Assembly (NCBI GenBank): GCA_965223155.1
Contig: CBDCVR010000015.1
Location: 352,001 to 416,000, forward strand
Direction: 5' to 3'
Length of the DNA: 64,000 nucleotides
DNA from: Candidatus Multivoradales bacterium
GTDB taxonomy: Bacteria; Acidobacteriota; Thermoanaerobaculia; Multivoradales; JAHEKO01
Part shown: piece after piece, positions 40,753 through 50,452 of the stretch
How the letters are laid out: every line of letters starts with the position of its first letter
Position numbering within the stretch: position 1 is the first letter of the stretch
The notes under the pieces: model-generated
The model's database searches: none
What the model was told of the DNA's origin: nothing
Seen by the model: only the letters and a program-made list of their open reading frames with translations
Position numbers and translations under genes: made by a program

Positions 40753-42393
40753 TCAGAAGGGAATACCGCAATCGTCGCGGGCGTAGCGGCCCGCTCGCTC
40801 CGCCAGACCGGCCTGAGTCGCCTCGGACTGACCCGATCCCGCGGCCTGTTCGAGCACGGTGTCGATGAAGGAAGCCGCCTCTTCGCAGCGGCCCTCCTCG
40901 GCCAGAGCGTCGGCGACCAGCACCGCGTGCGCGACCGAGGTCTCGGCGGCAAAGAGCTGCCGGGCCAGGCGGAGCGCCCGGGGGCCGTCCCGGAGCTCGG
41001 CGTCCGGGACTTCGACCAGAAACCGGGCCAGAAGATACGCCAGGCGCAGGTCCGACGGCGCCTGACGCTGGAGCGCGTCGAGCCGCTCGAGCGCTTCCTC
41101 GTGGCGACCGCTCTCGGCAAGCGCATCGGCCTCTCCCAGACGCGCCGCGAGGTTCGCCGGGTCGGCCTCGGCCACCGCCCCGAAATGCAGCGCCGCCTGG
41201 CCCGGTTTGCCCGAGGCGGCCAAAACGCGAGCCAGGGCGAGCCGGATTCCGGTATCCGCCGGAGCCAGAAGAGCGGCCTCCTTGAGGTGGGTCTCGGCGT
41301 CGGCAAGCGCCCCCGCCGCCGCCAGGAGCATGCCGAGATTGAACTGCGCGGTCTCGTTGCCCGGCGCCAGAGCAACGACTTCGCGAAAGACCTCGACGGC
41401 CTTGTCCTTCTCGCCTGCCGCTCCCAGAGCCGTTCCCAGATTGACGCTGGCGGAAACACTGGTCGGGTTCGCGGCAACCGCGCGCTCGAACGCCACGACC
41501 GCGTCCTGGTAGCGGCCGGCACGGAACGCGGCTTGCCCGCGCAGGAGAAACGCCCGCTCACCGGTCTTGAGCTCGACCAGGGAATCAATCACCGGATCGG
41601 CGGGACGGATGCCCACGATTCCCTTGCGAGCCACCAACTCGCGGGCCTCGTCCTCCCGGCCCAGCTTGCGATAGGCGAGAGCCAGGGGATAGTAGAGGCG
41701 GTTGGCATCGGGCGATTCGGCAAGCGCCGACTCGAGGAGCCGCACGCTCTCCCCGGCCCGATCGGTCGAGGCCAGAAGCTCCCCAAGGCCAGCCTGGGCC
41801 GCCGAGGAGGTCGGATCCACGCGCAAGGCTTCACGGTACAACCACTCGGCGCGGGCGGCCTGGCCGAGCTCGGCATAGCAGGTGGCGAGCCGCACGTAGG
41901 CCGGAGAGACTCCTGGAACGATAGCTAGCGACCGCTCGTAGAGAGCGATCGCGTCTTCGAGACGGCCCTCGGTCTGGGCGAGGTAGCCCAAGAGATAGGG
42001 CCAGCGGAAATCCCGCGGACTCCGTTCGGCCGCCGCTTCGTAGGCGGCTCGGGCGGGCTCGAAGAGCTCGTAGGCGTGGTAGTGGCGACCCAGCTCGCCC
42101 AGGGCCTCGGCGACCTCTCCCGGCTCGGCATCCTCGCGCGCGAGAACGTCTCGGACCAACTCGGACAGATCTCCGAGCTGTTCAGCCACCGCCGGCTCGA
42201 GATCGGCGCGCACAGCGTCCGGGAGCTGGACCGCTCGAAGAACCGAGGACGCGGCCGTCTCGTCGCCTCCCCGGCCGGAGGTCGCTGCTTGCTTGGCGCC
42301 GAAAGCGACGAGTCCCAGGGCGAACAGGACCGCCAACTTCGCCGCGCCAGGAGTCGTTCGCACCTCGGTCCTGGCTTGCCAACTCGGTCGCAT
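40753..42393 (-). CDS. Tetratricopeptide repeat protein with N-terminal signal/anchor
   Basis: Multiple TPRs (WPYLLG..A..YERSLAI.P; AQFNLG; ASVNLGTAL). Confidence 0.85.
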   Translation of the reverse strand: MRPSWQARTEVRTTPGAAKLAVLFALGLVAFGAKQAATSGRGGDETAASSVLRAVQLPDAVRADLEPAVAEQLGDLSELVRDVLAREDAEPGEVAEALGELGRHYHAYELFEPARAAYEAAAERSPRDFRWPYLLGYLAQTEGRLEDAIALYERSLAIVPGVSPAYVRLATCYAELGQAARAEWLYREALRVDPTSSAAQAGLGELLASTDRAGESVRLLESALAESPDANRLYYPLALAYRKLGREDEARELVARKGIVGIRPADPVIDSLVELKTGERAFLLRGQAAFRAGRYQDAVVAFERAVAANPTSVSASVNLGTALGAAGEKDKAVEVFREVVALAPGNETAQFNLGMLLAAAGALADAETHLKEAALLAPADTGIRLALARVLAASGKPGQAALHFGAVAEADPANLAARLGEADALAESGRHEEALERLDALQRQAPSDLRLAYLLARFLVEVPDAELRDGPRALRLARQLFAAETSVAHAVLVADALAEEGRCEEAASFIDTVLEQAAGSGQSEATQAGLAERAGRYARDDCGIPF

Positions 42394-42487
42394 ATCATCT
42401 CCGGAGGTCTCTGGTTCCGAGCCACCGGAGCGTCATTGTACTGGCACCGTCTCGATTCCATCTCGACCGCTCACAAAGCCCCAAAGC

Positions 42488-43579
42488 ATGACCTCGGCCC
42501 CCGCTCCAGGCGTCCTATCGAAGTCACGACCCGCGCCCGAGATTTCGATCTGCACGGTTACCTACAACGCGGAAGCCGACCTCGAGGCCTTCTTCGAGGC
42601 ATGGAGCGCTCTCGACGGCGGCCCGTACGAGCTCACCGTGGTCGATTGCGCCAGCACCGACCGCACCCCCGAAATCCTGGAACGAGCACGAGCCCCGCAC
42701 GCAGCCCGAAGCCGGAAGCTCGAGGTTCTTCCCCAGGCGTCGAACCTCGGCTTCACCGGCGGGATGAACCTGGCTCTGGACCGGACCCTCGCTCGGGCCA
42801 CGGGCGATTGGGTGCTTCTGCTGAATGCCGACGCACGCCCCGAGCCCGGCTTCGCAGAACGGCTGACGGCCGCGGCACGCGAGGCACCGGACGACGTCGG
42901 CGCGATCACCCCCAAGTTGCTGTCCGGTACGGGAACCAGAATCGACGCCGCCGGGATGCGGCTTGTCCCCGGCTGGCGCCACCTCAACCGGGGCTCGGGA
43001 CAGCCCGATGACGGCCGCTTCGAAGCTCGCCGCGAGGTGTTTGGTGGCACCGGGGCGGCGACCCTCTTCCGCCGCGCCGCCCTGCTCGACGTTGCCCTGG
43101 ATGGCGAGGTCTTTCTCGAGGAGTTCCACAGTTTTCGCGAGGACGCTGAGCTGGCCTTCCGCCTGCGCGAGCGGGGATGGCGCGTGCTCTACGAGCCGGC
43201 CGCCCGCTGCCATCACGATCATCGCAATACCCCCGCCAGCCGGCGGCGCATGAGTCCGGCGGTCAATTTCCACAGCCTCAAGAACCGCTACTTGCTGCGC
43301 GCCTACCACGGCACCTGGGCAAGCGCTCTCGCAACGTTTCCCGCCGCCGCCGTGCGCGACCTCGGCATCGCCTTCTACGTCGCATTGTTCGAGCGCTCCT
43401 CGATTGCCGCCTATCGCTGGCTCTGGAACCGGCGCTCGGAGATCCGCCGGCGCCGGCAGGCCATCCGCCGCCGCCGGACGCGGAGTCCGTGGGCCACCGC
43501 GCGCTGGTTCTGGCGGTCGAGCCGGCCAGCGCCGGCAGGCTCGCAAGCAGGACCGGAACCCGGGAACCCGGATCGATGA
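42488..43579 (+). CDS. Glycosyltransferase family 2
   Basis: CTVTYN, VVDCASTDRT, NLGFTGGMN, LLNAD, REDAELAFR. Confidence 0.9.
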   Translation: MTSAPAPGVLSKSRPAPEISICTVTYNAEADLEAFFEAWSALDGGPYELTVVDCASTDRTPEILERARAPHAARSRKLEVLPQASNLGFTGGMNLALDRTLARATGDWVLLLNADARPEPGFAERLTAAAREAPDDVGAITPKLLSGTGTRIDAAGMRLVPGWRHLNRGSGQPDDGRFEARREVFGGTGAATLFRRAALLDVALDGEVFLEEFHSFREDAELAFRLRERGWRVLYEPAARCHHDHRNTPASRRRMSPAVNFHSLKNRYLLRAYHGTWASALATFPAAAVRDLGIAFYVALFERSSIAAYRWLWNRRSEIRRRRQAIRRRRTRSPWATARWFWRSSRPAPAGSQAGPEPGNPDR

Positions 43580-44682
43580 CCCGCCGGCAACGGATCGCCC
43601 TCATCGGCAGCCGCGGAGTACCGGCTCGCTACGGCGGCTTCGAGACCCTGATGGCCGAGCTGGCACCCCGGCTCGTGCGCCGGGGATTCAAGGTAACGGT
43701 CTACTGCCGCAAGCCGTTCGCCGAGCCCGGGAGAACCAAGTTTCGTGGCGCCAGCACGGTAACTCTGCCCACCGTTTCGACCAAGCACCTCGAAACCCCG
43801 GTACACACGCTGCTGGCGGCGAGCCATGCCGCCGGCCGCTTTGACGCGGCCCTGGTTGTCAACGGCGCCAACTCCATCTTCGTCCCGATCCTCCAGGCAG
43901 CGGGCACGCGGGTCGCCCTGAACGTAGACGGCATCGAGAGCCAGCGTGCCAAGTGGGGTGTTCTCGGACGCGCAACCTACTCGGTCTCGGAACGGCTAGC
44001 CGCCAACCTCCCCGACGCCCTGATCGCCGACGCCGAGGTCATTCGCCGGCACTACGCCGGCCGCTACGGCGTCGAGGCCACAGTCCTCACCTACGGCGTC
44101 CCCGGCGGACCTCTGCCGGCGGGAGAGACGCTCGACCGGCTGGGTCTCGCAAGCCGCGGCTACTTCCTCTACGTCAGCCGATTCGAGCCCGAGAATAATC
44201 CCCACCGCGTCGTCGAGGCGTACCGGGCCGTCGGCGGCGAGATGCCTCTGGTCATGGTGGGCTGGGCCCCCTACGCGGGCGACTTCGTGACGAAGGTTCG
44301 TGAGCGAGCCGATTCCCGGGCCCTCTTTCCGGGCCCGGTCTACGGCGACGCCTATCGCGAGCTCCTGTCCAACGCCTACGCCTACGTCCAGGCGACCGAG
44401 GTTGGGGGCACGCATCCAGCCCTGGTCGAGGCCATGGGGCTCGGCAATTGCGTCCTGGTCAACGACACGCCCGAGAACCGCGAGGTTGCCGGTGCGACGG
44501 GCCTCTACTTCGACGCCCACCGGCCGGAGACCCTGACCCGGGCCTTCGACCGGGTGCGCTCCGACCCGGCGCTGGTCGATACCCGCGGCGCCAAGGCACG
44601 GGCGCGCGCCGAAGCCCGCTACTCGTGGGAGCGGATCGCCGACGGCTACGCCGAGCTCTTCCGGAAACTGATTCCGAGCTGA
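43576..44682 (+). CDS. Glycosyltransferase family 4 (DUF1972-type, possible rhamnosyltransferase)
   Basis: GSRGVPARYGGFET, NVDGIE, SRFEPENN, EVGGTHPALVEAM; ATGA overlap with the upstream gene. Confidence 0.9.
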   Translation: MTRRQRIALIGSRGVPARYGGFETLMAELAPRLVRRGFKVTVYCRKPFAEPGRTKFRGASTVTLPTVSTKHLETPVHTLLAASHAAGRFDAALVVNGANSIFVPILQAAGTRVALNVDGIESQRAKWGVLGRATYSVSERLAANLPDALIADAEVIRRHYAGRYGVEATVLTYGVPGGPLPAGETLDRLGLASRGYFLYVSRFEPENNPHRVVEAYRAVGGEMPLVMVGWAPYAGDFVTKVRERADSRALFPGPVYGDAYRELLSNAYAYVQATEVGGTHPALVEAMGLGNCVLVNDTPENREVAGATGLYFDAHRPETLTRAFDRVRSDPALVDTRGAKARARAEARYSWERIADGYAELFRKLIPS

Positions 44683-44726
44683 AAATCACTCTCGCATATA
44701 CTCGGCCGCCCCTGGGACGAAGGACG

Positions 44727-46172
44727 ATGTTGAAGGAGCGCTCACTCTTGGTCGCCGGTGCCCTGGCGACTCTCGATGGCCTCGCGATCGGCTTCGCGTT
44801 CGCGCTTGCCTACACAGCGAGGTCGAGTCTCGTGCTCCGCGAGCGTTTCGGCTTGAGCGAGCTCTTGCCGATCGAGCGGTATCTGTTCTTGCTGCCGCTT
44901 GCCGCGCTCTTCTGGCTCGCCGCTCTCTACCTTGCCGGCGCCTACCGCTCACACCGCATCAAGTCCCTTGCCCACGAGGTGGGAGAGGTCGTTGTCGCGA
45001 CCGGACTGGCAAGCCTGCTTCTGGTGGTCACCATCTTCTTCTTGCGCCTGGATCTTCGAATGCTCTCGGGACACCCGGTGAGCCGCGGATTCCTCGCGCT
45101 CTGGATCCTGGCCGGAGCGGCCAGCGTCGCCCTCGGGAGGATCGTGGTGCGGGTGCTGGCTTATGCGGCACGGCGGAGCGGCCGGAACTTCCGCAACATC
45201 CTGATCGTGGGATCCTCGCCCGCCGGGCGCCGCGTGGCCCGCAGCCTCGCTCAGCAGCAGCGTTTCGGCTTCCGCATCCTGGGCCTGGTCGCCGACGATT
45301 TCTCGAACCTGGAGGCGATCGACGGGATCCCGGTTCTGGGACCGCTCGACCGACTCATTCCCATCCTGGAAGCGGAGGTGGTCGACGAGGTCGTCCTGGC
45401 GACGACCCGAGCTTCGCACCAGGAATCGATACGCCTGGCGCAGTCGTTGCGCGCGCGCGGCGTCAATACCAGCGTGGCCTTGCCACCGGTGTTCGAGCGC
45501 CGCGTCCGGTCCGAGATGGCCCTGGTCGGAGATGTCCAGCTCCTGCGCTTCTACAGTTCGCCCTCGAGCGTGGCCAAGCTGGCGGCCAAGCGCTGCTTCG
45601 ATTGGATCGTCGCCTCGGGATTGCTGGTGGCGTTCTCGCCGCTCTTGGGCCTGATCGCCCTGCTCGTGCGCGCGACCGGGCCGGCTCCGGTTCTCTTCCG
45701 CCAGCAGCGGGTCGGGCTCAACGGCCGGCGCTTCACGCTCTACAAGTTCCGCACCATGGCTCCGGACGCGGAGTCGGCCCTGGGCGAGCTAGCCGGCCGC
45801 AACGAGATGTCGGGACCGGTGTTCAAGCTGCGCGCCGACCCCAGGGTCACGCCCCTGGGCCGGGTCCTGCGCCGGCTGAGCCTGGACGAGCTGCCGCAGC
45901 TCTGGAACGTCGTGCGCGGAGACATGAGTCTGGTGGGCCCGCGTCCGCCCCTCCCCGAAGAGGTTGACGCCTACGAGCCCCACCATCGGCGGCGGCTCTC
46001 GATGCGCCCCGGCATCACCGGTCCGTGGCAGGTCGGCGGGCGCAGCACGGTGGACTTCGACCGCTGGATGGAGATGGATCTCGCCTACATCGAAGATTGG
46101 TCGCTGTGGCTGGATCTCAAGATCCTGGCCCGCACCGTGCCCGCGGTCCTGTCCGGCCGGGGCGCGTACTAG
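44727..46172 (+). CDS. Polyprenyl-phosphate sugar phosphotransferase (WcaJ-like)
   Basis: TM domain; KRCFD, FRQQRVG, YKFRTM, DPRVT, SLDELPQLWNV, GDMSLVGPRP. Confidence 0.93.
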   Translation: MLKERSLLVAGALATLDGLAIGFAFALAYTARSSLVLRERFGLSELLPIERYLFLLPLAALFWLAALYLAGAYRSHRIKSLAHEVGEVVVATGLASLLLVVTIFFLRLDLRMLSGHPVSRGFLALWILAGAASVALGRIVVRVLAYAARRSGRNFRNILIVGSSPAGRRVARSLAQQQRFGFRILGLVADDFSNLEAIDGIPVLGPLDRLIPILEAEVVDEVVLATTRASHQESIRLAQSLRARGVNTSVALPPVFERRVRSEMALVGDVQLLRFYSSPSSVAKLAAKRCFDWIVASGLLVAFSPLLGLIALLVRATGPAPVLFRQQRVGLNGRRFTLYKFRTMAPDAESALGELAGRNEMSGPVFKLRADPRVTPLGRVLRRLSLDELPQLWNVVRGDMSLVGPRPPLPEEVDAYEPHHRRRLSMRPGITGPWQVGGRSTVDFDRWMEMDLAYIEDWSLWLDLKILARTVPAVLSGRGAY

Positions 46173-46217
46173 GCCGGGCCGGACCGGAAGCGCACGGCCG
46201 GCCGCGGCTGGGCAGCC

Positions 46218-48158
46218 CTAGTAGCCCGCCCGCAGGTACCGGCCGAGGCCGGTCTCGAGAGCGTCCCGGAGCTCCTCGAGCGCCGTCTCGGATCGCTCCT
46301 CGCCGCGATCCGCCTCGACGATCCAGACACTCGGGAATCCGTTGAAGGTCTCGAAGCGCTCGTGGCGCTCGAGACCGGCGAAAACCGGGTCGTCGCTGAC
46401 CCCGTAGTCGCAGAAGCGCGGCGCGCCCCAGCCGGTGCCGGCCAGGAGCTCGGCCAGGAGCTCGCGGCTGAAGAGCAATCGGTGGCCCCACCCGTAGAAT
46501 GCGCGGTTGAGCGCCAGCGTCTGCTCGACCGGGCTGCTATCTCGGGACGCCAGCTCCAGGTGGGTCGCGAGCACCCACTCCACGGCCGGCGTGGACAGGC
46601 GCAGGGTCCCACCGACACGAGTCGCCTTCCATGCTTCATCCAGCATCGACACCGCGCCCTCGGGACCCAGATGTTCCAGAAGGTGTTCGGCAAAGACGTA
46701 CTCGAGATCTCGAAACGGCCAGGGCCGGGTCACGTCCAGAACCTGATCGACGCCCGGGAATCGCCTGATGTCTACGTTCCACCAGCCTTCCAGCGGATTG
46801 TCGCGGCCGCAACCCAGATGAATTCGCCGTGCGCGCGAGCCTCCGGAAAGACGATTGCCGAGCCCGCGCGCAATGCGGCTTGCCCGGGCGCGCAGACCGG
46901 CGGCCGCTCCGGACGCATCTGCCAGAGACGCCGGAAGCGCCGCGGACGCTCGGGATCTTCGACGTGCGCTTATCGAACCGGCGACGGTCTCGGTCGGAGC
47001 CCGATCGACAAAGCTCCGAACGGGCTCGAGAACCTCGGTCCAGGTGTGGTCCCGAACCAACTCGCGCCCCCGCTGAGCCAGCCGGGCTCGTGTCTCGACC
47101 GATTCGAGGAGCTCGGTCAAGGTCCCGACGAGCGCTTCGGCATCGCCCGGCGGCACCAGGCGGCACGCTCGCCGCTCGGCCAGGATCCGGCTGGCGCCGC
47201 CGCCCTCGGTAGCCACCACCGGCAGACCCGCCCACAAGTAGTCCAGAACCCGCGTCCTCATCGAGACCTCGGTCTCGAAGCGCGGACGGTGCAGGACGAC
47301 GCCCACGGTGGATTCGAGATAGAGGCTCGCCCGCTCGGCATAGGGCACCCAGGGAACGAGGAAGACGGTGCGATCCAACCAGCCCCGCCGCCGGGCCAGC
47401 TCCAGGGCCTCGTCGAGCGCCTCCTGGGGCGTCGAATCCGGATGCGGGTTCGAGGAGAAGACGACTCGCACGTCGGGAAAGCGGTCGAGAAGCGCGGGCA
47501 AGGCCTCGAGCAAGGTTCCGGGGTCGTACCAGTCGTAGACGCCGCCGAAGAACAGGATCGGATCTTCCGGGCCGACGCCCGGCAGAACGCCGCGAAGCAC
47601 CGGTGGACCGGCAACCGGCATCTGATCCGGCACGCCGAAAGGCACCTTGACGATCAACTCGCACAGGCTCGCGTCCTGCTCGTAGGCCGGCCCGTCCAAA
47701 CGGCCGAGCGCGAACAGCATTCCCAGGTAGAAGAGCCGTTGCTCGTCGGTCGAGCACAGAAAAAAATCGCCGTGCCGGAGCTGACGGACGAGGGTCTCGC
47801 GGTCGCGAACGGACTGCTCGTAGCCGATCGTCTTGGTGTAGTTCAAGTTCTCGATCGGGAACGGGTCGTACAGATCGACCACCAGCGGCCGTTCGACGCC
47901 GCAGTCGAAATAGACGTCCGAGGCATGACCGAGGACCACCACGACTTGAGCGGCCTCGGCCAGGGCGCCAATCGACCCGGCGTCGTACCGCCGCAGGCGA
48001 AATCCCGGTGGCGCCGGAGCGTCGGCTGGGTCGTTGGGAATCCCCAGGATCACCTCTGCCGACGTGGCCAGGACGCGCGCCGTCTCCCAGGAGCGAATGC
48101 CCATGCCGGCCAGGACCGGCCGGATCGGCTCGGGACAGAGGATCAGGACGCGCTTCAC
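46218..48158 (-). CDS. GT4 glycosyltransferase fused to a C-terminal methyltransferase-like domain
   Basis: GTG 48158 overlapping the upstream stop; VVDLYDP, FFGGVYDWYDP, RTRVLDYLWAGLP; then IHLGCG..GWWNVD..FAEHLLEHL. Confidence 0.85.
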   Translation of the reverse strand: MKRVLILCPEPIRPVLAGMGIRSWETARVLATSAEVILGIPNDPADAPAPPGFRLRRYDAGSIGALAEAAQVVVVLGHASDVYFDCGVERPLVVDLYDPFPIENLNYTKTIGYEQSVRDRETLVRQLRHGDFFLCSTDEQRLFYLGMLFALGRLDGPAYEQDASLCELIVKVPFGVPDQMPVAGPPVLRGVLPGVGPEDPILFFGGVYDWYDPGTLLEALPALLDRFPDVRVVFSSNPHPDSTPQEALDEALELARRRGWLDRTVFLVPWVPYAERASLYLESTVGVVLHRPRFETEVSMRTRVLDYLWAGLPVVATEGGGASRILAERRACRLVPPGDAEALVGTLTELLESVETRARLAQRGRELVRDHTWTEVLEPVRSFVDRAPTETVAGSISARRRSRASAALPASLADASGAAAGLRARASRIARGLGNRLSGGSRARRIHLGCGRDNPLEGWWNVDIRRFPGVDQVLDVTRPWPFRDLEYVFAEHLLEHLGPEGAVSMLDEAWKATRVGGTLRLSTPAVEWVLATHLELASRDSSPVEQTLALNRAFYGWGHRLLFSRELLAELLAGTGWGAPRFCDYGVSDDPVFAGLERHERFETFNGFPSVWIVEADRGEERSETALEELRDALETGLGRYLRAGY

Positions 48159-49102
48159 GAGACGACACTCCGGCCTTGCGCCGCGCCGCGCTGGTAGGCA
48201 CAACTCAGCACCCCGTGAAGAAGACGCCTTGGCAGGGGGACACCGGCCCGATCGACGAGAGACAGTACCGGCACCGCCGCACGGGCCGCTCCCGCTGCGA
48301 CCCCGAGCCAGGGACGGGATCGCACGGGCGCGATGAGGTCGTTCGCCCGGAGCTCCGGATGGAGCTCGAAGAGTGTCGCCAGGCCCCGGCCCACTTGCTC
48401 CTGGCGCCGCCAAACGGACTCCAGGGTCATCGGATGGAGGTGCTCGCCGGCGGCCCCGGGGTGGTAGTAAAGCGGCACGCCCGCGCAGTGCAGCCGATAG
48501 CCCAGCTCGACATCCTCCCAGCCGTACTCCCGGAAGGCCGGGTGAAACGGCCGCTCTCCGAGCACTCGCCGCGGCACCGAGAGGTTCGAGGTGAAAAAGC
48601 ACGTAAACGGCACTTCCTCACCCGCCGGCATGGAGCCGTACCCGAACTGGTACCCGTCGCGATTGACCATTTCGAGAACCGGCGTCACCCGCATGCTCTC
48701 GCGGCACCAATCCGTGAAGCCGACCACCGCGACGTCCTGGTCTGACGAGCTGGCACCGGTTCGCCCGCCTCGGTGAAGATGAAAGGCCCGATGTTCGGCC
48801 AGAGCCTCCGGCTTGAGCAGGACGTCGTCCCCCAGAAAAACGACCAACCCCGTTTCGATCGTTCGAAGCGCCCGATTCCGGGCCGCTCCCTGTCCCGCCC
48901 GATCCTGCTCCAGCACGGCCAGACTGAGCCTCGAACCGCCGGTCGAAAGCGTCTTCAGCCATTCCCGCGTGCCGTCGCTCGAGCCGTCATCGACCACCAC
49001 CACGCGGAACTCCCGGAACGTTTGCCGTTCCAGCGCTTCTAGAGTGCGCGCCAGGATCGAGCGGCGGTTATGAGTCGCAACGACGACGTGCACGGCTTCC
49101 AC
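48155..49102 (-). CDS. Glycosyltransferase family 2
   Basis: VVVATHN, VVDDGSSDGT, FLGDD, YGWEDVELGYR; start approximate. Confidence 0.9.
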   Translation of the reverse strand: MEAVHVVVATHNRRSILARTLEALERQTFREFRVVVVDDGSSDGTREWLKTLSTGGSRLSLAVLEQDRAGQGAARNRALRTIETGLVVFLGDDVLLKPEALAEHRAFHLHRGGRTGASSSDQDVAVVGFTDWCRESMRVTPVLEMVNRDGYQFGYGSMPAGEEVPFTCFFTSNLSVPRRVLGERPFHPAFREYGWEDVELGYRLHCAGVPLYYHPGAAGEHLHPMTLESVWRRQEQVGRGLATLFELHPELRANDLIAPVRSRPWLGVAAGAARAAVPVLSLVDRAGVPLPRRLLHGVLSCAYQRGAAQGRSVVS

Positions 49103-49243
49103 TGAAACGTTCTCCGGACGAGGTCGGCACGGCTCGCCGGCCGGGACCCACGGTTGTTGATAGCGTACCTCCCACGGAACGCCAGCGAAACGAACCACCG
49201 CCTCTCTTCGTTCCCCGCCCCCCAGCCTCTACCCGACCTCGAG

Positions 49244-50452
49244 ATGCCGAACCCTGCCAAAGTCTCGGTTGCGATCACCAGCTGGAACGGCCGCTCACAC
49301 CTCGAAACCTGCCTGCCTGCGCTCGAGGACCAGCGGCCTTGCGGTCTGGACTGGGAGGTCCTGGTGCTCGACAACGGTTCGGACGACGGCACGGCGGACT
49401 GGGTTGGGCGTGCGCACCCTCGGGTCCGGGTGGTCGAAAGCTCGGAGAACTTGGGGTTTTGCGCCGGCAACAACCGCCTGGTCGCCGAGGCCGATGGCGA
49501 TCTCATCGCCCTGCTCAACAACGACGCGCGGCCGCGGCCCGACTGGCTCGCGGGCCTGGTCGACGGCTTGCTCTCGGCCCCACCGGACGTGGTGGCGGTT
49601 TCCGGCAAGATTCTGGACTGGGAGGGCGCCCGTCTCGATTTCGGCAGAGGACTCCTGGTCTTCGACGGCCACGCCTTCCAGCTCGACTTTCGACGACCTC
49701 TGGACTCGGCGCGCGTCCCCGAGCCCGGTGCCGAGCTTCCCTTCGCTTGTGGCGCCAACATGCTGGTCCGGCGCGAGGCGTTCCGAGCCGCCGGCGGCTT
49801 CGACGAGGCCTATTTCGCCTATCTGGAAGACGTGGACCTGGGCTGGCGGCTGTGGTCCCGGGGCGGCCGGATCGTGTCGGCCCCGGAGGGCGTCGTCCAT
49901 CACCGGTCTGGCGCCACCGGGGGCGTTCTGGGCAACGCCGAGCGCGGTTTCCTGATCGAGCGCAACGCGTTCTTGACCGCCTACAAGAACTACGAGGCCG
50001 GTCTCTTCGAGGCGGTGCTACCCCTCATCTTGACCACCCTCATGAACCGAGCCCGAGCTCTGGTGGCCGCCGACGTCGAGCCCGGCAAGGGCGCCGCAGG
50101 AGCCCTCGACCTGGTCTCCGCCGTTCGGCGTTTCGGGTTGCGGACCTCGATCCGCAAGGGGCTCGGCCGGCTGCGGGGTGCAGCGTCTAGGCCCGCAAAG
50201 CCGCCCAGCGATCGCACTCAGGCGCAGCTGCGTGCCATCGACGCCATCTTGACGGGCCTCGATCTCGCCGCCGCCGGCCGGGCCGAAGTCCAGAGCCGAC
50301 GGTCGCGGTCCGACCGAGAGTACTTCGAGCGCTTCCCCGTCTACGTCGTGCCGACCTACCCGGGCGACGCCGAGTTGTTTGCGAGTGCGGCGTTTGCCGC
50401 GCTATGGCCGGACGAGCTTCCCGCCATCCACGCCGGCCTCGATGAGATCTGA
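49244..50452 (+). CDS. Glycosyltransferase family 2
   Basis: ITSWNG, VLDNGSDDGT, NLGFCAGNN, LLNND, YLEDVDLGWR. Confidence 0.9.
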   Translation: MPNPAKVSVAITSWNGRSHLETCLPALEDQRPCGLDWEVLVLDNGSDDGTADWVGRAHPRVRVVESSENLGFCAGNNRLVAEADGDLIALLNNDARPRPDWLAGLVDGLLSAPPDVVAVSGKILDWEGARLDFGRGLLVFDGHAFQLDFRRPLDSARVPEPGAELPFACGANMLVRREAFRAAGGFDEAYFAYLEDVDLGWRLWSRGGRIVSAPEGVVHHRSGATGGVLGNAERGFLIERNAFLTAYKNYEAGLFEAVLPLILTTLMNRARALVAADVEPGKGAAGALDLVSAVRRFGLRTSIRKGLGRLRGAASRPAKPPSDRTQAQLRAIDAILTGLDLAAAGRAEVQSRRSRSDREYFERFPVYVVPTYPGDAELFASAAFAALWPDELPAIHAGLDEI